In this document: one piece after another, positions 1 through 12,058 of the stretch
Position numbering within the stretch: position 1 is the stretch's first letter
Layout of the letters: each line of letters begins with the position of its first letter
Source: Mitosporidium daphniae
Lineage: Eukaryota
Direction: 5' to 3'
Assembly: GCF_000760515.2 (NCBI RefSeq)
Contig: NW_013546523.1
Coordinates: forward strand, 1-45,274
Length of the DNA stretch: 45,274 bases
Translations under genes and position numbers: made by a program
The notes under the pieces: model-generated
The model's input: only the letters and a program-made list of their open reading frames with translations
Databases searched by the model: none
What the model was told of the DNA's origin: nothing

Positions 1-3000
1 ATGGATTTCCCGTTTATTAATGGCATTCAAAAGACCAACATTAGAATTACTAGGGATTCCCCCGAAAGCCCGTGTGCTGTTGAGCCTGATGGCATCGATC
101 ATGGATTTCTCATACACATAACCAATTTACACCGATGGTTCAACCTATTCTATCCTTCTGGCGATCTTTTGGACATCAGCGACTACAGAGGCACTTTGGC
201 CTTTTTGGAGCTTTTTGATGTATATGGGCCTCTCTTAAAAAAGAAGAAAGCCCGGGTTGAATCTGTTCTCCGCGAGTTCGGGACCAGAGCAGCTCATTGC
301 TATTTGGTGAAAATCGAGCAGCAAAAAGGATACACAGATGCCGTTGTTGGTGCAAAAATGTTCGAAACATCAAGCTATGGGCCATATTACGAAGAAAACC
401 CGGTGTATGAGCGATATTTAAGGAGACTCTATGACCGCAATAAAAGCTTTTACAAATCGCATGTAAAGGTGACTTCAAAGCTATCTCTCTTCGTTTCATC
501 TCAGTTAAATGGATTCGCATCCCCTCAAAGCAACGACAACCAGCTGTCTTTTGTATTTGTTTCCGAAAAATGCTTTGTTGGTTGCATTAAAAATACGCTG
601 CTTGCTGCATTTAACAAATGTTCGACATCTTATACCTCTGTCAATGCCATTGTATCAGAGGCCCAATGGAAAACTCTTGAACTTCAGGACCCATTTTTGT
701 CTCAGTACTGCATGAAGGCAAGGAAGGATCCTCGCGAAAACTCGTTTGTTTTTAAAAAGGAATTTTGTAAGGATCCTCGCTTGCTTCAAAAATTTTTGAA
801 AGAAAGGCCACCTGTTTGCTCAAATAGACCATATCTACCCGGAGTAGCCTCTGCACAATCTTCAGCCACATATTCCACCAATGTGCCGAAAAAATCGGTC
901 GTCATCATCACAATGGATTTGTACTCTAATGTCGTTGTATTTTTAAATTCCATTCAAAGCACACCGCCCGAAAGCTTGCTAATTGATTTCCATGTTTTGG
1001 ACGTCCCAAAGAATTTAAATTTTCTTTTGTGCCTATACACGCTCCCTGAGTTTGACAATGAAAAGTCTGCGATGAAATTGAGGTCTTTTGAGTTCTATTT
1101 GGTCGAGGACCAATCAACTGGAAAACTATCTTGCACCTCGCTAATGCTGTATGGCTACTTTAGTCAGATTCAATTTCTAAAAATTGCAAAGTCTTACACC
1201 TTGATAGACAAGCTATCTTTAAAGTCACATCCGCATTCTCATCTGATTTCATGGGTAGAATCCTCAATTCTTTCGCAAACGATCGAGTATACCGGCGATA
1301 GGGATATGAGCCACCTTTCTTTCGTTGTTCCGTCAACAGGGGCATATTTGTCAATGCTGTCTGCGCCTGAGCTTTTATCAAAGATTTGTTCTTATCTTCC
1401 AAAAACAAAGAGCTCCAAAGCATCTGAATCGCACATGCTTCATGTGCCAAAACGAATCGTCTTTGATGATGATCCACAGAGCATCGAAGTGGTGTACCTG
1501 CTGGGATGTAGCAACATTTCTTCTATGAACAATTCGAGCCCCAAATCTGGTCCTGATGTTAGGTCCCAATTGGCGTTTCAAATTCTCAAGGTGAACAAGT
1601 TAGACCCCAAAAGCGAAGATCTTTTCTTTTGCAAACTCTTTTTGCCAAATTTATTCCCTATTCCGTACATTAATTTTAATGACCAGGCCATTTTTGGGGA
1701 CCAATATCCGTGTAAAGCAGCTGCTAGAACGAGCGCTGCTTTTCATAGCCTCAAGGCTCTCTATGAAAGCGGTGTTCTAGACTGCAACTTGCTTCCGAGT
1801 GCCGAGTTTTTGAAATCTATAAATCTTGAAAAGATGAAAAAACTTGCTCACGAGAACAAAACAGGAAAAAGTGGTGGTGATGCCATTGACCAGGGTTTGG
1901 ACTATACTTCAACTCGTACCAGGGTCTATTATCCCATAAAGGTTCTGCTCAAGCCCACATACTCTTTTGAGAAAATATGGAAAATCCCCAGAATTCTGTC
2001 CATGGCCAGTTGGAAAGATAAACTTGACTTGTTCCCCAGTCAAACCAGTCACACCTTTTTCTTGTACGTGATGGATTTTGAGGATCAAAATCACATGGAT
2101 ATTATACAGAAACTTCGCCCAGGGTTTTCGTTCTTTAAAAAAGCCGAAAAGCGGCCAAACAGCGTGTTCCTGCAAGACTATAATGTCTTTAACACCGGAA
2201 ATTTCAAGAACTCCTTTGGAATCCTTCTTCCTCATCAGATAAGCACTCCTTTCCCCGCGTTTGAAGTATATCTGTCTGCAGTTACGCCTTCTAGTAAAAT
2301 GAAAGTCAATGGGCCACATTTGGTAACTTTTTCTGCAGAGCAGTTCAAGTCTATCGTTTCTTTCCAAATTGCACTATTTAAAGTTATGAATGGCTTCAAA
2401 AATAGCCTTTTGTTTGATTCAAGCCTATCCACAGAGAAGGACATAGATCAATACTTGAAATCTTACTTGTCGAGCCTTAAGGCAAATTCTCCGTCCCGAA
2501 ATTGCTTTATTGAAGAGCCGCTTTTACAAATCGACTGTCTTGAAAAAATTTCGTACCTTGTGGTTCCGGTTACTCGAAACGCTGGTGATGAAATCCCGAT
2601 TACTCCTGAAAGCTTATATGGCGCTTTTTTGCGATTTTTATCGGCCGAAAAAAAATTTCCACCCTGTCTGGAGAGCTGGAGAATCGACTGGCCATTATTA
2701 AGTTCTGGGTGTTCTTTTTTTTCTGGCACGAAACCTCAAATTTCACTATTGTCTTTTATTGATCAGCTGTCCGAGTTTTATTTCTCAAACGTACTTCGGC
2801 CCAAAGGATTTGAAAGACCCTCTTTTTCATCATCATCATCATCATCATCAGTGTTGACTCACCATATGTTTGATGATCCCGGATGTGTGGAGAACAATCT
2901 TGATAATTTTGTTTTCTTTTCGCTTCAAAAGATTACTGTGTATCACCGATATTCGGATATTGGATATAGAATTGAGAAGGTCAGATGTGATTTGAACCCT

Positions 3001-5286
3001 CTATCGATGATTGAAAAAAATGGAATATCAGTTGCAGAGTATTTAAAGGCCAGGTTTTCGGTGCAAGTTAAAGACTTGTCACAGCCGCTTGTGGAATGTG
3101 TTAAGATGGAAATTCCCAATTGTTGCAATTTTATGTCGTCCTCTAATTTTGTTCTGCAAAACAGCAACCTGGAGGGCAATCTTTCGCGTTCTTCGTATGA
3201 AGAACAATGTACATACTCTAAAACCGCTCTAGATATGGTCTCGGAAAAGTCTTCACTTATCCTGGGGAAGGCCATCATTCATATCGACAATGACAAGACC
3301 GTATATGATTGTGTAAATAATGTGTCATATTCATTGGCCTCCAACTTTTCGTTACAAAAAATCACCGCCACAAACTCTAGCAGCAGTAAGACGCTACATT
3401 CGCTGTTGGTTCCCGAACTGCTGAACATTTACCCCATCACTTCTGGCCATTATTTAATATCCTCCATTTTTCCTACATGGTTTTCCCAAGTTCAAAGGTG
3501 GCTATTGATGCTGGAGTTGTTTGAGGAAGGCAATATTTTCAATTCCGTCCCGTTAAAGCCAGATTTCACCCTATTTCTTCAAGCTTTAACAGCACCTATA
3601 AATCCGAATTCGGGCGAAGATGTGGATGATGATCTCTCGGTTTCCTGTGGTGCCGGATCGTTCGATTATGAGCGGTTGGAATTACTGGGCGATTCGATCC
3701 TAAAGTTTGCCGTCTCTTTGGATCTTTTTCTCGAATCCTCCACACATTTTCCTGGCCTTCCCTCAGAGGCAGACTTGACTAGAAAAAGAAGCGAACTCAT
3801 TTGCAATGCAAATCTTTTCTCGCTTGGAATTTCGTTGCTTTCTTTACACAAATATGCAAATATTGCGGGCTTCTCGACGGTGAAAGCCTTTTTTCCTCCC
3901 CATATTTGCACGCTGATTGAAGCTCTGATTAAAAAAGACCCTTCGTTTTCATGTATTGTCCCCATCCGGCCTGTCTTTGACGAGTGTGTTTCTTGGCTTG
4001 ATTTATCTTTACACGATGAGAATTCCAGGAAAAAAGATTTCTCGCCTGTTGATGAAATGCAGTTGGATAGCCTTTGCCTTGATGACTTGCATGCACTTTA
4101 TTCTACCACCGCTCTTCGTCAGCTGGGTGTAAGATACTCAAACAAAGCCATCTCAGACATGATAGAGTCTCTTATTGGGGCATTTTATCTGTCTACGGGA
4201 CTTTCAAATACATTTTCTTTTTTACAAAAGCTAGGATTGGTTCAAATTATCGGTTCTAACCTTACTCCCGATCATATGAAAGGCTACATCAATATGAATT
4301 TGAATAACATGGCAGAGCCGGCTGGTCTTTCTTTGTTTGAGAAAACAGAGGCCCGTCTATTTGATAAAATCAATTGCATTAACCAGATTTTTTCGTCTCC
4401 AGAGCTTTCGGCTTTGATTTACGTCTTTGATGACAAGCATGGGTTTCGATGTTCTTTTTCCAATACTCTCGATAGAATATCAACGAGCTTGAACTATCAA
4501 TTTAAGGATCCCAGGTTGGCTCTTCTTGCAACGGTACATCCGTCTCTTTCAGCTGCCTTTAATTTTGAAAGACTGGAATTCCTTGGAGATGCCGTTTTGG
4601 ATTTTGTTGTCACCAAATATTTTTATGAGAAATATCCAAACCTCAGGCCAAATGAGCTGACTCTTTTGAGATCCTCTTCCGTTGATAACGAGTCTTTTTC
4701 CAGAATGCTCTGTTTGCTACAGCTGCATGATGTCTTTTTTAATACCCAAAAAAATAACCTGCTTGCCGAGTCTGTAAAGGCATATGTGGACTATCTGCAT
4801 TCAAATGATAAAGCATTCATTGATGACTACCGAACCTTCACTGGTGATCAAATTTCAAAGCCCACATCCCATGATTGCTCGGCGATCTTTTCTGCACCAA
4901 AGATCTTGTGCGATCTCTTCGAAAGCATTGCGGGCGCAATTTTTCTCGACTTGGGATGCGATCTTGATGGCTTCTGGAATATTTACAAGCATATCATTTC
5001 ATTCTATTTGGATAGAAATTCAAAGCACAAGCAACTGGGTCTGAATCCAGTAAAGGATTTGATGGAGAGTGTTTTGAAGCTGGGAATACTGCCAGGCGAG
5101 CTAATCTTTGAATTCCAACATGAGCATTCGTTAGAAAATGTGATGCATCGATGTATCATCAAACTACGGGGAAAGGTTCTTGCCAACGTGCTTGCAACTG
5201 GTCGCACATGGGCTAAGCGTACAGCGGCATCTAAAGCATTGGAGTATATTGTCAAAGGCGGCTATAAGGAGGTGCTGCTCAATTAG
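1..5286 (+). CDS. DCR1: Dicer-like RNase III (degenerate helicase remnant, DUF283, PAZ, RNase IIIa, RNase IIIb, dsRBD)
   Basis: RNase III signatures DYERLELLGDS (~3664) and NFERLEFLGDA (~4561), each with an acidic partner motif (SDMIESLIGA, CDLFESIAGA). DUF283-like STGAYLSMLSAPELLSKICSYLP...AAFHSLKALYESGVLD. PAZ-like YRIEKVRCDLNPLS...AEYLKARF...DLSQPLVE...LVPEL. C-terminal dsRBD (GRTWAKRTAASKAL). Upstream exons outside the window cannot be excluded. Confidence 0.95.
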   Translation: MDFPFINGIQKTNIRITRDSPESPCAVEPDGIDHGFLIHITNLHRWFNLFYPSGDLLDISDYRGTLAFLELFDVYGPLLKKKKARVESVLREFGTRAAHCYLVKIEQQKGYTDAVVGAKMFETSSYGPYYEENPVYERYLRRLYDRNKSFYKSHVKVTSKLSLFVSSQLNGFASPQSNDNQLSFVFVSEKCFVGCIKNTLLAAFNKCSTSYTSVNAIVSEAQWKTLELQDPFLSQYCMKARKDPRENSFVFKKEFCKDPRLLQKFLKERPPVCSNRPYLPGVASAQSSATYSTNVPKKSVVIITMDLYSNVVVFLNSIQSTPPESLLIDFHVLDVPKNLNFLLCLYTLPEFDNEKSAMKLRSFEFYLVEDQSTGKLSCTSLMLYGYFSQIQFLKIAKSYTLIDKLSLKSHPHSHLISWVESSILSQTIEYTGDRDMSHLSFVVPSTGAYLSMLSAPELLSKICSYLPKTKSSKASESHMLHVPKRIVFDDDPQSIEVVYLLGCSNISSMNNSSPKSGPDVRSQLAFQILKVNKLDPKSEDLFFCKLFLPNLFPIPYINFNDQAIFGDQYPCKAAARTSAAFHSLKALYESGVLDCNLLPSAEFLKSINLEKMKKLAHENKTGKSGGDAIDQGLDYTSTRTRVYYPIKVLLKPTYSFEKIWKIPRILSMASWKDKLDLFPSQTSHTFFLYVMDFEDQNHMDIIQKLRPGFSFFKKAEKRPNSVFLQDYNVFNTGNFKNSFGILLPHQISTPFPAFEVYLSAVTPSSKMKVNGPHLVTFSAEQFKSIVSFQIALFKVMNGFKNSLLFDSSLSTEKDIDQYLKSYLSSLKANSPSRNCFIEEPLLQIDCLEKISYLVVPVTRNAGDEIPITPESLYGAFLRFLSAEKKFPPCLESWRIDWPLLSSGCSFFSGTKPQISLLSFIDQLSEFYFSNVLRPKGFERPSFSSSSSSSSVLTHHMFDDPGCVENNLDNFVFFSLQKITVYHRYSDIGYRIEKVRCDLNPLSMIEKNGISVAEYLKARFSVQVKDLSQPLVECVKMEIPNCCNFMSSSNFVLQNSNLEGNLSRSSYEEQCTYSKTALDMVSEKSSLILGKAIIHIDNDKTVYDCVNNVSYSLASNFSLQKITATNSSSSKTLHSLLVPELLNIYPITSGHYLISSIFPTWFSQVQRWLLMLELFEEGNIFNSVPLKPDFTLFLQALTAPINPNSGEDVDDDLSVSCGAGSFDYERLELLGDSILKFAVSLDLFLESSTHFPGLPSEADLTRKRSELICNANLFSLGISLLSLHKYANIAGFSTVKAFFPPHICTLIEALIKKDPSFSCIVPIRPVFDECVSWLDLSLHDENSRKKDFSPVDEMQLDSLCLDDLHALYSTTALRQLGVRYSNKAISDMIESLIGAFYLSTGLSNTFSFLQKLGLVQIIGSNLTPDHMKGYINMNLNNMAEPAGLSLFEKTEARLFDKINCINQIFSSPELSALIYVFDDKHGFRCSFSNTLDRISTSLNYQFKDPRLALLATVHPSLSAAFNFERLEFLGDAVLDFVVTKYFYEKYPNLRPNELTLLRSSSVDNESFSRMLCLLQLHDVFFNTQKNNLLAESVKAYVDYLHSNDKAFIDDYRTFTGDQISKPTSHDCSAIFSAPKILCDLFESIAGAIFLDLGCDLDGFWNIYKHIISFYLDRNSKHKQLGLNPVKDLMESVLKLGILPGELIFEFQHEHSLENVMHRCIIKLRGKVLANVLATGRTWAKRTAASKALEYIVKGGYKEVLLN
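2827..2850 (+). repeat. (TCA)8 microsatellite encoding poly-Ser inside Dicer
   Basis: tcatcatcatcatcatcatcatca read directly. Confidence 0.9.
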
Positions 5287-5307
5287 AAATTAAATTTATT
5301 TTATTTT

Positions 5308-6663
5308 ATGGACGAGAACTTGTCCGCAAATGCCTTTGTCGTGCAGAAGGTCCTTTCTCCCGTCCACACGAGGGCCATCAAACAAGAATCACATGCGGCG
5401 GGGCATATACGGGCTTCAGTCGTGGCAAGCCACTATTCTTTCATTGAGCGCGAAGTGCTTGCAAAGCTTTTTTCCTCCGACCTTTCAACGCTTTGTTCCA
5501 TGTGTCTTTTGAAATCTTTTGAAGCCTTTCAATTAAATTTGGAGGCTCTTTCGAAATTGCCAATGGCTTTACATGCACTTTGGCTATTTGTTGTATATTT
5601 GACTCCTTTTTTCTATTCCAATATTGATCCAGTCCCATCAAATGCTGCCAAAATAGAATTTTATCCATGTAGCGTTGAATCGATTAGCTCATCTAGAGCC
5701 AAGTACTTGCATCAGCTAGATCGCTATTTTACTTGCATTTCATATGCTTATCGAAAATTGGCCAGCCATAGCCCGCAGAACAATCTTCGTATCTTGAAGA
5801 CATTGTCTGCAAAGGAGGAAGCCCTGAATTTGTTCAAAATCCCGATTTTCTCGCTTGGCATAAATATATCCTGCTTCATCGGCCTAATTCCATGCACGCT
5901 TTCTTCTCTTTCCTTGGAGGGTTGCGGGTTATTTGACAAAGAGCTGGGTGTTCTGTTAGAAGTGATATCAATTAAACTGCCAAATCTGAAGGAGCTGAAC
6001 CTTTCACATAATAACAGGGTTACAGATGCCTCCTTCAATGAGATTTTTTCATCCATGGTTCGGCATCTAAGGACCCAAAGCTCGCCACCCTTTTGCGCCC
6101 TAGAAAAACTAAGCTTGGCAGCAAATGAGTTGCTCTTTTCGTCAATCAATATGGCTGTATTGTTTCTCCTTCCATCAATAAGACACATTGATCTTTCGGG
6201 TACAGCATTTGAATCAAAACGGACATCACCCGATTTCCTTGCCATCTCAACATTATTTAAACTCACTCTGGTTGAAAGTCGTCTGCAGTTTGCTGGCGGA
6301 ATCGATGTTTACACTCTGTTAAGCTTTTGGATTGGCCTTACAAAGGCGTTCAATATAGGGTCTGTTGAAAATTTGTATTTTAATTTGATTGAAAAGTTAT
6401 CCAAAAGTGAAGAGGATAGGTTTTCAAACCATTTTGAGCATTCGAGGGTAGCACAAAATCTGGTCCTAGAGTTTGACAAATCAGCTTTGAACAATAGCTT
6501 GATTGTGCCCATTTTTTTAAAAATCCTTCAAAAGGGTCAAGCCAAACGCCACAAATTTAATGCCATTGATGATCCCGCTCAAGGGGGGGAGCGAGCATGG
6601 ATTTCCTCAAACAGCGTAAAATCGGCCGATTCAAATTTAAATATTTTTAGTCTTTATAAATAA
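5308..6663 (+). CDS. Leucine-rich-repeat protein, function unknown
   Basis: LRR motifs LSSLSLEGCGL, LKELNLSHNNRVTD, LEKLSLAANEL, IRHIDLSGT in a 451-aa ORF. Confidence 0.8.
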   Translation: MDENLSANAFVVQKVLSPVHTRAIKQESHAAGHIRASVVASHYSFIEREVLAKLFSSDLSTLCSMCLLKSFEAFQLNLEALSKLPMALHALWLFVVYLTPFFYSNIDPVPSNAAKIEFYPCSVESISSSRAKYLHQLDRYFTCISYAYRKLASHSPQNNLRILKTLSAKEEALNLFKIPIFSLGINISCFIGLIPCTLSSLSLEGCGLFDKELGVLLEVISIKLPNLKELNLSHNNRVTDASFNEIFSSMVRHLRTQSSPPFCALEKLSLAANELLFSSINMAVLFLLPSIRHIDLSGTAFESKRTSPDFLAISTLFKLTLVESRLQFAGGIDVYTLLSFWIGLTKAFNIGSVENLYFNLIEKLSKSEEDRFSNHFEHSRVAQNLVLEFDKSALNNSLIVPIFLKILQKGQAKRHKFNAIDDPAQGGERAWISSNSVKSADSNLNIFSLYK

Positions 6664-6670
6664 AAATACG

Positions 6671-9600
6671 ATGCTTGTGAATCGAACCAACAACCCCAGC
6701 TGTGATCTTTCAATATTCCTTATTCGACGGATTGCATTATCGGGCAATTCAGGTTTGCGGGCTCAAATCTCATTCACATAATAGGGGCCTCTATTTCTGA
6801 AGTGATAGATATGTTGCTCCAGCATCAGAAAGATCCCATTGGAGATAATATTTCCATTGAAGAGAAAGCCGCTCTCGTCCAGCCATTGTGGATTGGCCTA
6901 TTTGATTCCATCCAGTCTTTCCTTGTATATTTTTTTGAGCATGATCCTGTAAATCGATTTTATTTTTACTGTTGCTAGTCGACGTTTTTTCNCAGTGCAG
7001 GTCTTTTTTGTGAGTTAGTTTCTTTGCTAAAATCGCCTTTGAAAATAGTGATAATCCCAAAACTGCGGCATCGAATCCATTTTGGTACTTTTTTATCTGG
7101 AGGCGGCAGCAGCATTGCATCAACACTCCCCGCTCAAGAGTCTAATGAATTGGCAGACTTTGCACTTCCCACACCAAGTGGCATTAGATGGACTGCGCAG
7201 CCAATATCGTTTTTGAGCTCAATCATAGAGAGCGGTCCTCGGGGCATAAAAACCTCGGAGATATCAAAAAAGCTGCATTTTGATCCTCGTTCTTCTTACT
7301 TTTTTTCTCGGCGTTTGGAAGCCGTAAACTTGATCGAAGCCGAATCCATAAAATCGCAGTCCTCTAATTTATTGCGAGCAAAGAGATTTATACCAAGTTA
7401 TGGGAGATCCATTTCATTGGTAATTGCTTCTGGTATTGATGTCAATCAGCTAGTGGCTCAAATTTCAGAATTATCGGTGAAAGCAGGCGGTGCTGTTTGC
7501 TTGGAAGATATTGTATCTTCCCTTTGGAGGATCCATACCAAGACCTCCTTGACATTCCGGAATCAAGAAACAGAAGAGCCGGCATCTCCTTTGTTTACGG
7601 ACGCAATCAAATATCTTCTTAAGGGTCTATTGGATGCTGGCCAAATTAAATATATCGTAGCCACGGTCAATAATTCATCGGCCCCCGTTGAGTGCTATCA
7701 GCCGATAGATACGAAAGAAGGCTCTAAACGCAAGCTATATGCTGAAAATATAGACGCAGACGAGCATGGGGGTGAAGGCGAGGGTGAAGCTGAAACTCAA
7801 CTAACGCTGGTTCAAAAATGGTTTAAAGCAAACTATGCCTCTTTGATTGGCATTCCTATCAAGATTCAAATTCTTGAAGTTTTAAGAAGATTGGGCCCAA
7901 GGGGTGCTATCATTTCGGAGCTTTGCGCTTTGCTTAATTTGAGACCAAAAGGGCTGGCTTCATTGATGGAGTCATATAAATCTCCCAAAAAAGCTTCAAC
8001 CCCCCTCTCTGAAAAGTCTATTGTTACTTCGATTACAGAACACTGTGGGAGGAGTAGAAGAATCAGATATTTTTACCAAGGTCCTCTTGACAGGCCTCTT
8101 TCGATCAAATGGGTGCTTTGTCAACCCCGTTTTTCCTCTTGTTCTTCGCCCTCTTCAACGGAAGACACCAAGCCGATCACTAAAGAAAAAGACCAATTGG
8201 AGCCAAAAAAATTCAAAGAAGATGCCGACACAAATACGCGATCTATCAGTACCACCAGATTAAACCGAGAAAAAACCGTTCTTCAATGGCTTTCGCATGA
8301 AAAGGTGATCCCCGTTACACGCGAATTGGCGAAAAGATTACAAGAAAACGAAGGAGACTTCCAATATCTGATCGACACCAGATCGGTGGTCAGAATAGCT
8401 CACTCATTGGCATCCAGAAACCTGGCCAAAACACTTCCACTCAAAATGATAAACTCTGAACAGCAAATACTGTTATTGGTTTCGTTGGATCTGCTCTCAG
8501 AAGGATACCCTTTACATAACCACCCCCAAATACTAGGTGCCATTGAAAAAGAAAAGGAAAGATTATCGGCACCAAGGACAGTATCTTCAAGCCCCGCGCA
8601 AGCCCGGAACTCGATTATCAAAATCAACCGCCTTTTCAATGACAATCCGACTGAAGATATTAAAAAAGTGGCTCACAATGAAATGCAATATATCGACTAT
8701 GGATTTGTCAAAAGCCCGATCCGGCGGCTATATATTTTCCATTGCATGATCTTTCGACTCGCATCGACTTGCAACATGCTTGTTCCGAGCCCGGCCTCTG
8801 GAGCCAAGATATTTTCGGCGAATATCAACTCGCTATATTTGTGGGAATTTTTGGCCCTTTTTAGCGTACCCAGGTCGAAGAGGCTTGCTACTTATTTAGG
8901 ATTTGAAAATCCTACGCTTCCCTGGCAAACTATCCAGTCACGGCTTAATCAAAAACTATCCGATTCTCTGCCATGGATCAAGAACTTTCTTATTGACAAA
9001 AGAACCATGGACACGCAATGCGATTCAAATGACGATTATAACGCGTCTTTTGGTGGTGCCGACTATCCGATCCGGAAAAAATGGCTTGCATACCTGGCTT
9101 CTCTGGCAGAATTGGGAATCCTTTCTCCTTGCCAGGATTTTTCGCCAAATTTTACCGCACCTACTGGTGGCTTGATTGTTTTGAATCCAGATTCTCAAAC
9201 GCCTATCATCGGTGTGGAAGACCTGCCTATGGTTCCTCCCCTACAGCTAGCTTTGAAGAGCCCATCTGGAATTGATATTTCATGCCCTCTAGCTATTGAC
9301 AGGTTCTGGGCCGAATTCGAATTCCAGCTTATTAGTGTTGTCTCTTCCAAGAAGAATGCTGATGATAATAGCTTCTTGAGTGTAGCAGAGAATCCTGAAA
9401 GTTGTGAAAACTCTGGAAACTTGGAAATCGCTGCCATACCAAGTTCAGATTTTGCAGAAGAAAACTCGGGCCTATTGTCTTCAGAGTCTTCTCAATATGC
9501 GGCTAATTTGTGTGCCTTTATCCCTTTCAATCTTCCAACAGAATCTTCTAGCATACTTGCTACACTAAAGTCGCTTTGTTTGTCCTTTTACAAACCATTA

Positions 9601-11996
9601 GACGCCTTGTGTCGGTTTAATTTTCGTTGCAAGCCACGCAAGTTAATTTCAGAGCTCTTTACTCTTGAGCAGTGTCTGCCACTGGAAGAGATTCTAAAGT
9701 CGTTTAAAAGTTGGATTTCAATACGCAAACCATCTCCTAGTGAGACTCTATTAGCACTACTTTCCATATCATCGGATTATAAAATTCCACTATCTGTGAT
9801 GTTTTCTTCCGAAACCCTTCCATTGATTGCAAATGCATCTCAACAAGACATCAATAACAGCACATTACTTTGTTCGTTTGAGGAATTAAGGATCCTGGTC
9901 GTTTTGTTTATTTTATGGTTTCTTTTTCCACCTCAAATGGCATCTGCCCTTTTTTGTATGATAACCAATAACGAAGAGCTAAAGGAAATGAAAACCATTC
10001 TTTCCATCTTGTTCTCGGATGAAAAAGACGGCTACTCGCATGAAAATATTTCCGTGGTGTTTTCAGATGTTTTTCCGGTCATCAGATCCTCGATTCTTGG
10101 AAATGGAAGGCATAAAACTTGGGCTGAAAATCAAATTAAGAGCTTCATTCGCCCCATTTTTGATCCACTTGATAGTGATTCTCCGACTCCGCTAACCAAG
10201 CAGGCATCGTGTAACTTTTTTGACATTGCTGACTCGATAACGCTTGATTTACTGCTTCCAAACAGCACGAACCATTGTGCCTCCACTTCGTTTGAAGATA
10301 AAAAGCTAAAGCTTGGCATAAACCTGTCCGTTCCTTTTGTTTCTACCGAGCGTATTGATCCAACCTGCCAATCGGTCGTTCCAAGAACATGTCTTTTTAG
10401 TTGCAGTGAACTTCAATTCTGCAATAGCAACTCTACTCTCAACGCCATTTTGACTTCGGCATCATCAAGCGTGAAACGTAGGTTGGTAATGTATGATTTG
10501 CTTCATACGGGATTTATCTCAAATACCGACATCGCAGAGCCTGAAGACTGCTGCAGTGGCGATGTATTTACATCTGAAAAAGGCGATCAACGCAAAGTAT
10601 TGCCATCATCTCGCACAAGCCAGGCTACATTTGTGGACTTTGAGCCTGATGAAGAATTAATTGGAAGCAGGGCCAATTTGGACAATTATTCGGACGAGTT
10701 ATTCATTCGTGGCGAAGAAAAATTTGCCAATTCGTCTGTAGGCGGTTCAAACCATTCCGCTTTAGTCTGTCAATCTGCACTCAAATCTGTCGTTGCATTT
10801 GGATCGTTTCCTACCGCCACTAGCTTTACTGGAAATGATGACGAGTACGCTATGAGTGACAACAGTGATGGCGTTGTTGAGGCTTTTCCAATTGAATCGC
10901 TATTTGCAATTTTTGGATCGACTAGCCCATCTAGGCTGGCAAAGAAGTCATCTCTTTTGATCCAAATCGCCTTGGGATTGAAGAGAGATGGTGTATTTAC
11001 AAAAAGGTTCTATTTTGGACAGGAGCTGCCCATTTTATCGTCCAAGTTACGCAAGGCCTGTTGTGGGCTATCCTTATCATTCACCGATCGGTATGACGAT
11101 ATTTCAACTTACATTGTAGGTTCTCTTCCTTTTTTGTAAACCCAAAATGGGCAAGCACTGGTCAATCACTTGACCAAACCTCAAATTTGTCTTCCATACA
11201 AGCAAGTTCGGCCATTAACCCACATACAAATTTTGAAAATATTATTGATGATGTGATCTCGGGGACCTATGCGCTATCATCTCCAACGATGTGCCCCACA
11301 AGTTTCGAATCTTCTGAAAATGGGGACATCGATTTTCCCTGCCAAAACTTGAGCCTCCTTGCGATGGATAGCTCCGGCTTAGCGACCTGTTTGAGCTCCA
11401 AGATGCAGTCAAAAATAGTGTCAAACATTCTCGAAAAAGGCTTGGTTGGCGCATCTCTTTCTGAGATATGGGAATACGCCTCGCATTCTCCAAAAGAAGC
11501 GCTTTATGCTTTTTTGAAAAGCTGTTCTCAATTGACGCCCATTCATTTTGCCAGATTTGTTCACATCGACTTTGCCTCGCATTGGTTGATTCCCGTTTAC
11601 GACTCTGTCGATGCCAATTCAAAAAAGTCTCCCCGTGCCTATGTGCAGCCTAGGATTTGGTTGGCATTAAATGGCTCTTTTAACGTGGCAATATTCGATG
11701 CTGCCTTGGCAAAAATCTATGATTTCATAAAAGAGCATCCCGGAGTCTCACTGGTAATGATGGGCTTTTGTATTTTTTAGAGAATCCTTTTTCGACATTT
11801 CAGCAAATGGCTCTCTCTCCCTGAAATGGGAGACATCATGGTTGAGCTTGTGGATCATAGAAAGTTGATAAGACAAGTTTCCATCGAATACACCAGCAAT
11901 ATTCGCCAACCTTGCCACTCATCGCCGTTTGCCATTCCCGCATTTGACAAAGACTCTTATACAGTTTACTACATCTCCTTGAACAGCCATCGATGA
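6671..11996 (+). CDS. TFC3: TFIIIC B-box-binding largest subunit (Tfc3/Sfc3/GTF3C1-like), multi-exon
   Basis: Spliced N-terminus IRRIALSGNSGASISEV resembles GTF3C1; winged-helix motifs (LSKKLHFDPRSS-like segment, CGRSRRIRYF, IDTRSVVRI) and C-terminal PRIW...IKEHPGVS. Inferred introns near 6753-6784, 6949-6978, 11091-11119 and 11754-11780 join the ORFs in frame. Confidence 0.75.
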
Positions 11997-12058
11997 CCTT
12001 CCGGCATCGGCAAACTTGTCCATTGAATAAACTTTTTGTACAGAATGATCTAGTTAAT

